Source of the DNA: Spirochaetota bacterium
GTDB lineage: Bacteria > Spirochaetota > UBA4802 > UBA5550
Direction: 5' to 3'
DNA: 64,000 nucleotides
Assembly: GCA_036745755.1 (NCBI GenBank)
Contig: DAIOFM010000007.1
Span: 5,696-69,695 of the forward strand
Numbering within the stretch: the first letter of the stretch is position 1; every line of letters begins with the position of its first letter. A program made the translations under genes and the position numbers. The notes beneath the pieces are model-generated. The model ran no database searches, was not told where the DNA came from, and worked only from the letters and a program-made list of their open reading frames with translations. Below, in pieces: positions 35,552-45,394 of this stretch.

Positions 35552-37471
35552 TTATCTTTTTTCCGCTACATCCTCCTCAAGTATCGAATAAAATTCATCT
35601 ATTTTCATTGTAACCGAATCCTTTTCACCTCTTTTCCTTACAGAGACGGTTCCGTTTTCAGCTTCGTTTTTCCCGATTACGCATACATACGGCGTCTTCT
35701 GGGATACAGCTTCCCTTATCTTATACCCCATGGATTCATTACGGAGATCAACCTCGGGCCTGAACCCTTTTTCAATCATATCTCTCTTAATGGCCTTTAC
35801 TGCACCGGCCTGTTCCTCGGATACACTTATCAGTATTGCCTGCACCGGAGAAAGCCATGCCGGGAATCTGCCGCTGTAATGCTCAATCAGTATACCGACA
35901 AAGCGTTCAATTGACCCGAGAAGGGCCCTGTGGACCATATAAGGCCTGTGTTTCTGCCCGTCCTCGCCTATATAATACATGTCAAATCTTTCAGGAAGGT
36001 TGAAATCGAACTGGATTGTTGTCATCTGCCATTCACGGCCTATGGCGTCACGAACCTTCAGGTCAATTTTCGGGCCGTAAAAAGCGCCACCTCCCTCATC
36101 CATTTCGACTTTAAGATCGGCTGATTCAATCGCCTTACGGAGAGATTCCTGAGCTGTTTCCCATCTTTCCGGCTCACCCACGCTCTTTTCAGGCTTGGTG
36201 GCAAGATATGCCTTTATATCGGTGAATCCAAGGGTCTTCCACATCCAGAGGGAGAACCTGAGGACTTCCTTTATTTCGTCTTCAATCTGTTCAGGAGTAC
36301 AGAAGATATGGGCGTCATCCTGCGTAAAACCGCGGACACGGAGCAACCCGTGGAGAACCCCTGACTTTTCATACCTGTAAACTGTTCCAAGCTCCGCCCA
36401 TCTCAAAGGGAGATCCCTGTATGAATGGAGGCTGGTCTGATATATCTTGATATGGAACGGGCAGTTCATCGGCTTGATTATATAATCGTTCCCGTCAATC
36501 TCCATTGGAGAGTACATGTTGTCTTTATAGAATCCCAGGTGGCCTGAGGTTTCCCAGAGTGTTGAGCGCCCTATATGCGGGGAATAAAGGATATCATAAC
36601 CGTTCCTGAAATGCTCCTTCTTCCACCACTCCTCAAGTAAATTTCTCAGCCTTGCCCCTTTCGGGTGCCAGTATATGAGACCTGCGCCCACTTCCTCGTG
36701 AGTGCTGAAAAGATCGAGGTCCTTTCCGAGCTTGCGGTGGTCCCTCTTCTTCACCTCTTCAAGAAATTCCAGGTGTTTCTTCAACTCTTTCTGATCAGTG
36801 AAAGCAACACCATATATACGCTGAAGCATCTTGTTTTTCTCATCACCACGCCAGTAAGCTCCGGCTATGGAAAGGAGTTTGAACGCCTTTATCTGTTCCG
36901 TGTTGCGGACATGCGGCCCGCGGCAGAGATCTGCAAACTCACCCTGTCTGTAAAGAGAAACATTGCCATCGGGCAGTTCGTTCAGGAGTTCAATCTTATA
37001 AATTTCATCAATAGAAGAGAAGTACTTTATCGCCTCATCGCGTGACATCTCCTCACGTTTTATATCAAGCTTCTCCTCAACGATCTTTGCCATTTCCGCT
37101 TCAATGGAATCGAGATCCTCGGGAGTAAGGGTCTTTTTCATGTCAATATCATAATAAAAACCGCTTTCAATTGAGGGGCCTATGGCAAATTTCGCATCAG
37201 GATAAAGCCTCTTTACAGCCTGGGCCATAACGTGAGACGCTGAATGCCAGAATACATCCTTCCCCTTTTCTGAATCGAATGTTATTATGCTTAAATCACT
37301 GTCTTTAGTAACTGCAGTGGCGAGATCTGTCATAACTCCGTCAAGTTCAGCAGCAAGCGCGGCTTTCTGAAGCCCCTTCCCTATCAGGCCTGTAATATCA
37401 TAAATGGTTGAACCGCTTTCAACCTCTTTTATACTGGAATCCGGGAGTTTTATTTTGATCAGGTTGCTCAA
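35552..37471 (-). CDS. thrS: Threonine--tRNA ligase
   Basis: TGS domain, editing-domain motif HSASHVMAQAV, class II core and anticodon-binding domain; 639 aa. TTG start with GAGGA upstream. Confidence 0.9.
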   Translation of the reverse strand: MSNLIKIKLPDSSIKEVESGSTIYDITGLIGKGLQKAALAAELDGVMTDLATAVTKDSDLSIITFDSEKGKDVFWHSASHVMAQAVKRLYPDAKFAIGPSIESGFYYDIDMKKTLTPEDLDSIEAEMAKIVEEKLDIKREEMSRDEAIKYFSSIDEIYKIELLNELPDGNVSLYRQGEFADLCRGPHVRNTEQIKAFKLLSIAGAYWRGDEKNKMLQRIYGVAFTDQKELKKHLEFLEEVKKRDHRKLGKDLDLFSTHEEVGAGLIYWHPKGARLRNLLEEWWKKEHFRNGYDILYSPHIGRSTLWETSGHLGFYKDNMYSPMEIDGNDYIIKPMNCPFHIKIYQTSLHSYRDLPLRWAELGTVYRYEKSGVLHGLLRVRGFTQDDAHIFCTPEQIEDEIKEVLRFSLWMWKTLGFTDIKAYLATKPEKSVGEPERWETAQESLRKAIESADLKVEMDEGGGAFYGPKIDLKVRDAIGREWQMTTIQFDFNLPERFDMYYIGEDGQKHRPYMVHRALLGSIERFVGILIEHYSGRFPAWLSPVQAILISVSEEQAGAVKAIKRDMIEKGFRPEVDLRNESMGYKIREAVSQKTPYVCVIGKNEAENGTVSVRKRGEKDSVTMKIDEFYSILEEDVAEKR

Positions 37472-37542
37472 TGTAGTATCCTCGACTATTAAATTTACAT
37501 TTCACTGCGGGATACCTGCATAGGAATAACAGGTGAAGGAAT

Positions 37543-37616
37543 TGGGCGATACTGGAATCGAACCAGTGACCTCCTGCGTGTCGAGCAGGCGCTCTAACCA
37601 TCTGAGCTAACCGCCC
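37543..37616 (-). tRNA. tRNA-Val (anticodon GAC), no encoded CCA, C at position 33
   Basis: Hand-folded cloverleaf: GGGCGGT TA GCTC AGATGGTTA GAGC G CCTGC TCGACAC GCAGG AGGTC ACTGG TTCGATT CCAGT ATCGCCC A. All four stems pair, the T-loop is TTCGATT and the discriminator is A. Confidence 0.85.
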
Positions 37617-38078
37617 GTAGTGAAAATCGATTTAATCAATATTTTTATACACGGCTCATTGTCAAGATTTTTTTCTTACAAGGGTGATTAAACAAATGGA
37701 GCATATTAAACCTTTGCATTACTATAAGATTGGGAATAATCCCTTCCAACCACAAAAAATAATCACATCTGAACATAACTCTACAAATGTACTGTTACAG
37801 CCAGCTTAAAGCAGCCACCTGCAGCGGCATCGGCCGGGTGTTATCTCCTTCTGCTTAAACGACTCAGAACGATCATCTCCGTTTTATTCTGTGCTCTGAA
37901 CTGATTAATCAATCCGGAAAGTAAACAATGGCAGGATTTAATCAACCGATTAGTTAATTTGCAAATATCTATTTACACGTATTATGCATAAAGAAATAAA
38001 AAAATGCTTCCTTAAATATTGTGAAAATATTAAGCTCTATAAATCAATATCAAAAAGCGGAAAATTCCTGGAGGATGG

Positions 38079-39143
38079 ATGTTCGACAACATAGAAATAT
38101 ATGCGGGTGAAAATGCCGCGGAGATAATAAATGACTCAGGCCTGAATGAAGAGATGATTGCCGGTATTGCCGGAGCTTCAGGGGGCCCGAAGTTTCTTGC
38201 ACTTGCGGGATTTGACAATGTGCTCTTAAACAGCTGGTTCAAAAAAAGGAAAGAGACCCTCTATTTCCTCGGTTCTTCCATCGGCTCCTGGAGAGGCGCC
38301 GCTTACGCATGTGAAAAACCGGCCGAGGCCCACGGCAGGCTTGTTGAATCATACCTTTCACAGCACTACGATTCGAAACCGACAGAGAAAGATGTCACGG
38401 ATGAGAGTCTGAGGATACTTGATGAATACCTCTCCGCGGAAGATATTGATTATATACTGAACAGGTCCAGTGTACACCTGGGTATAATCTCGGCCAGATG
38501 CACCGGCCTTTCTGCGATGCGGGGGAAAACCGCACTTGCTGCATCATTTATCCCCTCAGCACTCCTTAATATCGCGAGCAGAAAGATTCTTCTTAAAATA
38601 TTCACGCGGACCCTTTTCTACACAGAGAGGAGCGTGCCTCCATTTGCCTTCAACTTCGGTGATGAATTCAGGATTCCTCTTTCAGAGAAAAACTTCAGGC
38701 AGGCCATTCTCTCATCAGGTTCAATACCCTTTGCCATGGAGGGGATCCGGGATATTGATGGAGCCCCGTCAGGCACATACAGAGACGGCGGGATTACCGA
38801 TTACCACCTGAACCTTGATTACGGGATAAAACAGGGGATTGTCCTGTACCCTCACTTCAGCTGCAGGATTGTCCCCGGGTGGCTTGACAAGAGTATCAAA
38901 TGGAGAAAACACGATCCCGGTTTACTTAAAAACGTGGTCCTCGTGGCTCCTTCAGAAAAATTTCTGAAATCTCTTCCGTACGGGAAGATCCCTGACAGGA
39001 CAGACTTTGTCACCTTCGCCGGAAGGGACAGGGAAAGACTCACTTACTGGCATGAGGTAATTGATAAAAGCAGGTTGCTGGGCGAGGAATTCATGGAAGC
39101 AGTGAATTCCGCAAAACTCGGCGGCATTATTAAAGAACTTTAA
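38079..39143 (+). CDS. Patatin-like phospholipase
   Basis: Oxyanion GASGGPKF, nucleophile elbow GSSIG (GxSxG) and catalytic Asp motif YRDGGITDY, in the correct order and spacing. GGAGG lies 5 nt upstream of the ATG. Confidence 0.6.
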   Translation: MFDNIEIYAGENAAEIINDSGLNEEMIAGIAGASGGPKFLALAGFDNVLLNSWFKKRKETLYFLGSSIGSWRGAAYACEKPAEAHGRLVESYLSQHYDSKPTEKDVTDESLRILDEYLSAEDIDYILNRSSVHLGIISARCTGLSAMRGKTALAASFIPSALLNIASRKILLKIFTRTLFYTERSVPPFAFNFGDEFRIPLSEKNFRQAILSSGSIPFAMEGIRDIDGAPSGTYRDGGITDYHLNLDYGIKQGIVLYPHFSCRIVPGWLDKSIKWRKHDPGLLKNVVLVAPSEKFLKSLPYGKIPDRTDFVTFAGRDRERLTYWHEVIDKSRLLGEEFMEAVNSAKLGGIIKEL

Positions 39144-39185
39144 AACCGGAAAAATAAAATCTTTGCTTAAATATTTTTATAAATC

Positions 39186-41048
39186 ATGAATACCATTGTT
39201 ACAATTTCAATATTTCTTCTTTCCTGTTTCACAGGCATTATACTCATGGGGACTCTTCTTGCAATATATATCAACATATATACAGGCAAGAAGATATACA
39301 GGGGGATTGTCCTGATTGGAATTTTAAGTATAATCACAACCGTTAATGAACTGATTATACTGATATTGAGCACAAAGGGAATGCGCGTAGAGGGAATGGA
39401 ATTTCACAGAATCGAGGCCCTTGCTATCTCTTTCTACCTTTTTGCCCTCCCCTATCTTTTCCACAATCTCCTTGAACTGAACTATTTTTTAAGAAAGATA
39501 AACAGATATATCTACATTTCAGGCATTATTGCGGCGGCATTTTTAATTGTCTCATATTTTATCACACCGGAGCTTTTTTTATCAATAAGCACCCCATACG
39601 GGGATGGACTGAACTTATGGAGCGCCGGAAGAGCAACTCCTGGAGTTCTTTTCAAAGTGAGAAATATTCTGCTGATGTTTGTTTCTTTATACAGCCTGGC
39701 TCTTCTCTTCTATGAATTTAGAGTATCATCCAACCGGCGGTTCGTGACAGCCATGATAACCGGCATCTCAATCGGTATACTCTCAGGAATAGCTGACCTT
39801 GTTATGGATATCATTGAAGAACATTCAATGCCGCACGAATTCAGGGTAATATCTTTTGTGACTTTCGGGCTCACGGCCTTTTCCATTATAGCAATGCTGG
39901 CAGTAATCAGGAACTTCATTGACCAGAACCAGGCCATTGAAAAACTTAAGAAAAATGAATTCATGGAGATTATCGCCGGCGGCATAGCGCACGATTTCAA
40001 CAACCTGCTCACCGGAATTCTCGGCAACACATCTCTTGCCATATATAACGCCGAGGAAAAGGGGGACAACCAGGAACTCCTTAAAAGTATAGAAAAAGCA
40101 GCCAGGAGGGCCCGAGGGCTATCAAGACAGCTGCTCGATTTTTCACGCGGCGGGGCGCTGATAAGGGGCTCTGTCTCTCTGGAAAAGCTTATTTCAGAAA
40201 ATATAAATTTCATAATGGCCGGGTCAGGCATTGAGACTGTTTTCAGATTCGAAAGCGGCATTCTTAACGTAAATGCCGATGAATCTCAAATCTCTCAGGT
40301 TATTCAGAATATCGCCATTAACGCCAAACAGGCCATGGGAGGCTCCGGCAGACTCGCTGTTTCATGCATAAACATTTCAGTTACAGGCCCCTTTTCAATC
40401 CTCAAACCGGGGAAATACGTAAAAATTGAAATACGCGACACAGGGCCCGGAATAAGAGAAAAAGACCTGAAAAATATTTTCGACCCGTACTATACCACAA
40501 AAAAAACAGGTACAGGCCTGGGGCTGGCCACAACATTTGCAATTGTAAAAAACCACGGGGGACACATAAAGGTAAATTCGATTTATGGAGGAGGAGCGGT
40601 TTTCACGATATACCTTCCTGCGACAGAAAAAATCGAGGCCGATAATTCACTTGCTGCACGCCCGCATATAAAGCATTCCGGCAGGGTGCTTATCATGGAT
40701 GACGATGATATGGTTCTTGCCACAGGAATGAAGATGCTTAACGAACTCGGCTTTAACGCCTCATGCGTTACCTGCGGTGAGGATGCCATAGAGGAATATA
40801 AAAAATCCATGGAAGAAAGGGAGCCCTACAGGCTGGTGATAATGGATCTCACAATAGCCGGCGGAATGGGAGGTGCAGAGGCTGCCCGGCTTCTTAAAGA
40901 AACTGATCCTTCAGCAGTCATTATTCTTTCAACCGGCTATTCACACGATCTTGCAGAGGGGAATTTAAGTGAAACCGGTTTCAGCGGCATGCTCCCGAAA
41001 CCTTATACTTTTGATGAGATGAAAAAATGCATTGAAAAGCTTATATGA
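39186..41048 (+). CDS. Hybrid sensor histidine kinase/response regulator with polytopic N-terminal domain
   Basis: About 7 hydrophobic helices, H-box GGIAHDFNNLLTGILG, HATPase blocks (NAKQAMGGSG, DTGPGI, GTGLGLA) and a C-terminal REC domain (VLIMDDDD, DLTIAGG, KPY). Same architecture as 5205-7514, but without the PAS domain. Confidence 0.85.
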   Translation: MNTIVTISIFLLSCFTGIILMGTLLAIYINIYTGKKIYRGIVLIGILSIITTVNELIILILSTKGMRVEGMEFHRIEALAISFYLFALPYLFHNLLELNYFLRKINRYIYISGIIAAAFLIVSYFITPELFLSISTPYGDGLNLWSAGRATPGVLFKVRNILLMFVSLYSLALLFYEFRVSSNRRFVTAMITGISIGILSGIADLVMDIIEEHSMPHEFRVISFVTFGLTAFSIIAMLAVIRNFIDQNQAIEKLKKNEFMEIIAGGIAHDFNNLLTGILGNTSLAIYNAEEKGDNQELLKSIEKAARRARGLSRQLLDFSRGGALIRGSVSLEKLISENINFIMAGSGIETVFRFESGILNVNADESQISQVIQNIAINAKQAMGGSGRLAVSCINISVTGPFSILKPGKYVKIEIRDTGPGIREKDLKNIFDPYYTTKKTGTGLGLATTFAIVKNHGGHIKVNSIYGGGAVFTIYLPATEKIEADNSLAARPHIKHSGRVLIMDDDDMVLATGMKMLNELGFNASCVTCGEDAIEEYKKSMEEREPYRLVIMDLTIAGGMGGAEAARLLKETDPSAVIILSTGYSHDLAEGNLSETGFSGMLPKPYTFDEMKKCIEKLI

Positions 41049-41485
41049 GCCTCCGTTATGCCGGTACTTTCCGCGCAAGGGATGGAGGCGTTACACTTCG
41101 ACTGACGCTCAGTGCATCGCCCTGATGCGGAAGAGAAGTGTTTAAGCCGAGAGCCCGGCTCTGCGGTTCTATAGCAAAAATATACATTTTAAAATTATGT
41201 TCATAAAAACAATAATATCTGCCGCATTATAAGAGCAGAGTGCGCCCGCACCCTGTTCTTTATTAATTATTGCCTGCATAATCGATTTTTTTCTTGTATA
41301 ATAAATTAACTGCATCTCAATAGGGAATTAAAGCAACCGCCATACGGCAGTCTGAATTCCGGGCCGGAAGTTGCGGAAAAAAATATACTCTGACGGGCCC
41401 TTTCCGGGAAACCCCGTCAACCGAAGGAACACCATTACTTAATGGTAAAAAAACAATACCGCCAGTTCAAAAAAGGAGCTATTTT

Positions 41486-42259
41486 ATGATTAAACAGACT
41501 ATTGAAGACAATATTGTCATTGCCCAGTTCGCAAACGCACCTACCTATTCGATGAAATTTGAAACTCTTGTGCAGATCAGGGACGCTGTTAAAAAAGTCA
41601 GAGAGGACGATTCATTAAAGGGTTTAATCTTTACGGGAGAGGGAAGATTTTTCTGTTCAGGTTTTGACCTTCCCACATTCCTCGGTTTTAAAAATAAGGA
41701 AGATGTTCTGGAATTCTTCAATGTTGAAGAGGAGATGCTCTACGAAATCTTCACATGCCCCAAACCTGTTATAGCTGCGATTAACGGACACTGTACTGCA
41801 GGAGGTTTTATTGTTTCCATGGGATGCGACTACAGAATAGCCACAGACAACCCGAAAGCAAAAATGGGTATGACTGAAACAAAAATCGGAATGTCCCTTA
41901 CAATCGCAGAGATGGAACTTGTCCGCTCAGGCTGCAACAGTGAGCGTATGGTTCGTGATATAATGTACAACGGCGAAAGACACAGCTTTGAAAAGATAAA
42001 AGAGATGGGACTGCTTGATGAAATTGTACCTGAAGCTGAACTCATTAACGCTGCTAAGAAAAAAATATGTTACTGGTGGGACCAGCCTCTTCACGCTTTT
42101 TCCAACCTCAAGTACTGCCTGAGGTACCCCATAGCTTCACAGATGAGATACAGGCTGGACAATGAAAACTGGCAGGACATGCTTGCCGAGCTTCTCACAA
42201 GCCCTGAGATCAGAGGTGTCCTCGAAATGGTTCAGAAGATGATGACAGGCGGAAAATAA
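41486..42259 (+). CDS. Enoyl-CoA hydratase/isomerase (crotonase) family protein
   Basis: FTGEGRFFCSGFDL and INGHCTAGGFIVSMGCDYRIA are crotonase oxyanion-hole blocks. AAGGAG RBS. Confidence 0.75.
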   Translation: MIKQTIEDNIVIAQFANAPTYSMKFETLVQIRDAVKKVREDDSLKGLIFTGEGRFFCSGFDLPTFLGFKNKEDVLEFFNVEEEMLYEIFTCPKPVIAAINGHCTAGGFIVSMGCDYRIATDNPKAKMGMTETKIGMSLTIAEMELVRSGCNSERMVRDIMYNGERHSFEKIKEMGLLDEIVPEAELINAAKKKICYWWDQPLHAFSNLKYCLRYPIASQMRYRLDNENWQDMLAELLTSPEIRGVLEMVQKMMTGGK

Positions 42260-42286
42260 CATATTCTGAAACATTTAAGTTATATA

Positions 42287-42314
42287 AGCCCCGTGGCGTT
42301 TTGCGCGGGGCTTT
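42287..42314 (+). terminator. Terminator-like hairpin after the crotonase gene
   Basis: AGCCCCG (42287-42293) pairs with CGGGGCT (42306-42312), followed by only a short TTT. Confidence 0.4.
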
Positions 42315-42473
42315 CCCGTTACTCATGCCGGTATAAAATTCCCGAAATCCTGCTCTTATGGCCCGTGCGCTGCCCTTTAAAAAAGGCTTGACTGTAAGGC
42401 ATTTTGGCAATTAATTCATAATGATTTAGTGTGCATTCCGAAATAGCAAAATTTAGTACTTAAGGACAAATAA

Positions 42474-42938
42474 ATGAAGACAATTGAAGGGAAACTTGAT
42501 GCATCCGGACTTAAATTCGGAATTATTGTTTCGAGGTTTAACGAGTTTATTACAAGCAAACTCCTTGGAGGAGCTGTTGACTGCATAAAGAGAAATAACG
42601 GCGATGAAGAAAATGTCACTGTGGCATGGGTTCCGGGAGCTTTTGAAGTTCCTTCCATGGCAAAGAAACTTGTTCAGACAAAAAAATTCGACGCTGTAAT
42701 CTGCCTCGGTGCTGTAATCAAGGGTTCAACACCCCATTTTGAATATGTTTCCTCCGAAGTATCAAAAGGGGTCGCCCAGGTCGGCATGAGTGCTGACATT
42801 CCTGTCATTTTCGGTGTTCTTACAACTGACAGCATTGAACAGGCAATAGAAAGGGCCGGCACCAAGTCAGGAAACAAAGGCTTTGACGCGGCAATGTCTG
42901 CCATAGAGATGGCTAATATATTCAAACAGTTAGACTGA
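42474..42938 (+). CDS. ribH: 6,7-dimethyl-8-ribityllumazine synthase
   Basis: [28 protein letters not shown] and [14 protein letters not shown] are typical RibH blocks. Confidence 0.9.
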   Translation: MKTIEGKLDASGLKFGIIVSRFNEFITSKLLGGAVDCIKRNNGDEENVTVAWVPGAFEVPSMAKKLVQTKKFDAVICLGAVIKGSTPHFEYVSSEVSKGVAQVGMSADIPVIFGVLTTDSIEQAIERAGTKSGNKGFDAAMSAIEMANIFKQLD

Positions 42939-43351
42939 TGGGACACCGAAGAAAAGCGAGAGAGCATGCTCTCCAGGGCTTATACATGCATGAAGTCGGC
43001 AAGGCGGATGTTGAGACTATTGTACAATTCGAATGGCTTGACGATGAAATTCCTGAAGAGATCAGGGAATTTGCAGTTACTTTGATCAAAGGAGTTGTCG
43101 GCAACATTGAAAAGCTCGACTCCCTTATCAGTTCCTATTCAAAAAACTGGAGGCCTGAAAGGCTGACTGCGATAGACAAATCTATACTCAGGCTGGCGAT
43201 ATACGAAATGCTTTTCATTGAAGACATACCCACGGTTGTAACAATTAATGAAAGTATTGAACTGGGAAAAACTTTCGGAGGCGAAAACTCCGGACAATTT
43301 ATAAATGGAATACTTGACGCGGTAAAAAAGAATGAACTGAAGGAGAAGTAA
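42938..43351 (+). CDS. nusB: Transcription antitermination factor NusB
   Basis: RRKAREHALQGLY N-terminus and the classical ribH-nusB linkage. Confidence 0.85.
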   Translation: MGHRRKAREHALQGLYMHEVGKADVETIVQFEWLDDEIPEEIREFAVTLIKGVVGNIEKLDSLISSYSKNWRPERLTAIDKSILRLAIYEMLFIEDIPTVVTINESIELGKTFGGENSGQFINGILDAVKKNELKEK

Positions 43352-43360
43352 AACTCCATC

Positions 43361-45394
43361 ATGATAGGAAAAAAGAAACAGGGACTTACTGACATTGAAA
43401 ACGACATAGCCCACAACAGGATCAGCGGTATTGAAATTATCGATGAACAGGGGGTTCCGACAAAGTATAAATACATTATCGGCATAGCGCTCCTTGCTGT
43501 TGTCGTGCTGGCCACAGTAATAATTCTTGTTACTTTTGTCTTTAAAAAACCGGGGCCCTTTACCTCAGATGGAAAGATTATCAACGGGAACGGGGATCTG
43601 ATCCAGGGTTCTCCCACGGGGATTATGAATCAGACTGAAAACCCGCTGCTCAGAAAGGCGATTGAAAGCTATAAAAGCGGATATATTCCGAACGCCATTA
43701 CCGAATTTACCGATGTTGTTGAATCAGACACCAATGACAGGGACAAAGCAATCGCTCTTACTTACCTGGGGCTCATTGCCGACAGGAAGGGTGACTATTC
43801 CTCGGCACTTAATTACTTCAGCAGGGCGGAGGGGTACGACAGGAACAACCCTGAAATCTATATGAATATGGCCAGAACATACCGCAACCTGAAACAGTAT
43901 GACAACGCGATTAAAAACGCGGAGAAAAGTTCAGAACTTTCTCCGCAGGACATAAATCCTCTCATTCTAATGGGAAACATCAACTATGAGCTTACACATT
44001 ACGATGATGCCCTGAGGTATTATCAGAAGGCCCTGAGGATGTCACCTGACGACCCGTCACTTCTATATAACACGGCACTCGCCCTCTTTAAAAAAGGGGA
44101 AAGGTTCCAGGCCCTGGAATACCTCAAAAAGGCCGGCGAGCAGGACCGTCTGGGCGAGGTCGCTTACAGGTCGTATTCACGGCTCGGCGCTGAATACCTT
44201 GAGAGCAACATGTTTGACCTTGCCGAAAAATACCTGAAACAGGCTTCTGACATGAGGCCACAGGACGGCGCAGCCAGGTATAACCTCGGCGTCGCGTACC
44301 TTCGCCAGAACAAAAGCAGAGAAGCGCTGAAGGAATTCGAAGAGGCCGAACGGCTCAGCCAGGACAATACCGGTATTCTTGAACAGATAGGCGAGTCATA
44401 CTTCTCCATGAAGGAGTATGACCGGAGCCTTCGTTCATACGAAAAGGTACTGGAAACAAAAGGGAGGGACGTAAAGGTTCTCTCAAGAATTGGTGAAATC
44501 CACTATTCAAAGGGAGATCTTGAACGCGCCTACGAAGCTTATAAAAAAGTAACCCGTATCCAGCCAGCCACAGAGAATGCCCGTATAGCCTACCTGAACA
44601 TGGGAAACATTCTTGATGACTCCCAGAGATATGATGAGGCGGTTAAAGCATACGAATCAGCCCTTGCTGTGCGGGACAATGATGACCTTACATACTATAA
44701 CCTTGGAATCGCGTACAAACATTCCGATCAGGCCGCGCTGGCCGTCAATTCATGGAAGAAAGGGGCCCAGATCAATCCTGACAACATAAAGATTCGCCTG
44801 GCACTTGCTGACTACTATAATGAACGCGGCTATGCGGATCTTGCGGAAAAGGAATACCAGGATATAATATATAAATGGCCGTCAAACCAGGAGGCCCTGT
44901 TTAAACTCGGCACTATTTACCACAGGCAGAAAAATTACGGCGACGCGAAAAAGGCCTACGGCAAAGTTGTTGAAACGGATGAAAACACCGAGATGGCGAG
45001 GAAATCGATGATCAATCTGGCTGTAATAACTTCAGCTGACAGCCCTGATGACAGAACACTTGACTCATCTATAAAATATATTCAGAAAGCGCTCCTTTTA
45101 AAACAGGATGATGCTGATGCGCTCCTCGCTCTTGGAATAATCTATTCCAGGCAGGAGAGGTACGAAAAAGCCATCGAGGCTTTCTACCAGTCCATAAAGG
45201 CTTCAAGGGACAGCCGGATGACAGCTGAAGCATACAACAATATCGGGAAAAGCTATTACCAGATTAAACAGTATAAAAAGGCGATCCAGGCCTTCGCGAA
45301 GGGGGTGGAGGAGGACCCATCCAACGAGGAGATCAGAATAAACAGGAAAACAGCAACACAGGCTTACGAGGCCGAAATAGACAGGATGCAATGA
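43361..45394 (+). CDS. Membrane-anchored TPR-repeat protein
   Basis: One TM helix (IIGIALLAVVVLATVIILVTFVF) followed by more than 12 TPR units (AxxYxNLGxxYxxxxxYDxAIxxYxKAL pattern). Confidence 0.7.
   Translation: MIGKKKQGLTDIENDIAHNRISGIEIIDEQGVPTKYKYIIGIALLAVVVLATVIILVTFVFKKPGPFTSDGKIINGNGDLIQGSPTGIMNQTENPLLRKAIESYKSGYIPNAITEFTDVVESDTNDRDKAIALTYLGLIADRKGDYSSALNYFSRAEGYDRNNPEIYMNMARTYRNLKQYDNAIKNAEKSSELSPQDINPLILMGNINYELTHYDDALRYYQKALRMSPDDPSLLYNTALALFKKGERFQALEYLKKAGEQDRLGEVAYRSYSRLGAEYLESNMFDLAEKYLKQASDMRPQDGAARYNLGVAYLRQNKSREALKEFEEAERLSQDNTGILEQIGESYFSMKEYDRSLRSYEKVLETKGRDVKVLSRIGEIHYSKGDLERAYEAYKKVTRIQPATENARIAYLNMGNILDDSQRYDEAVKAYESALAVRDNDDLTYYNLGIAYKHSDQAALAVNSWKKGAQINPDNIKIRLALADYYNERGYADLAEKEYQDIIYKWPSNQEALFKLGTIYHRQKNYGDAKKAYGKVVETDENTEMARKSMINLAVITSADSPDDRTLDSSIKYIQKALLLKQDDADALLALGIIYSRQERYEKAIEAFYQSIKASRDSRMTAEAYNNIGKSYYQIKQYKKAIQAFAKGVEEDPSNEEIRINRKTATQAYEAEIDRMQ

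Noticed and set aside
37696-37860. 37-aa ORF (MEHIKPLHYYKIG...) and a GC-rich imperfect inverted repeat (about 37806-37858) in the tRNA/patatin spacer
   Set aside because: The ORF has only a weak RBS and no recognisable features. The inverted repeat has mismatches and a 30-nt loop. The evidence is insufficient for any call.
42315-42473. Possible FMN riboswitch upstream of ribH
   Set aside because: The spacer is AT-rich and only ~160 nt long, and I see none of the conserved FMN-element helices or GGAT/AGTCCG-type blocks. ribH-nusB pairs are commonly unregulated by FMN elements.
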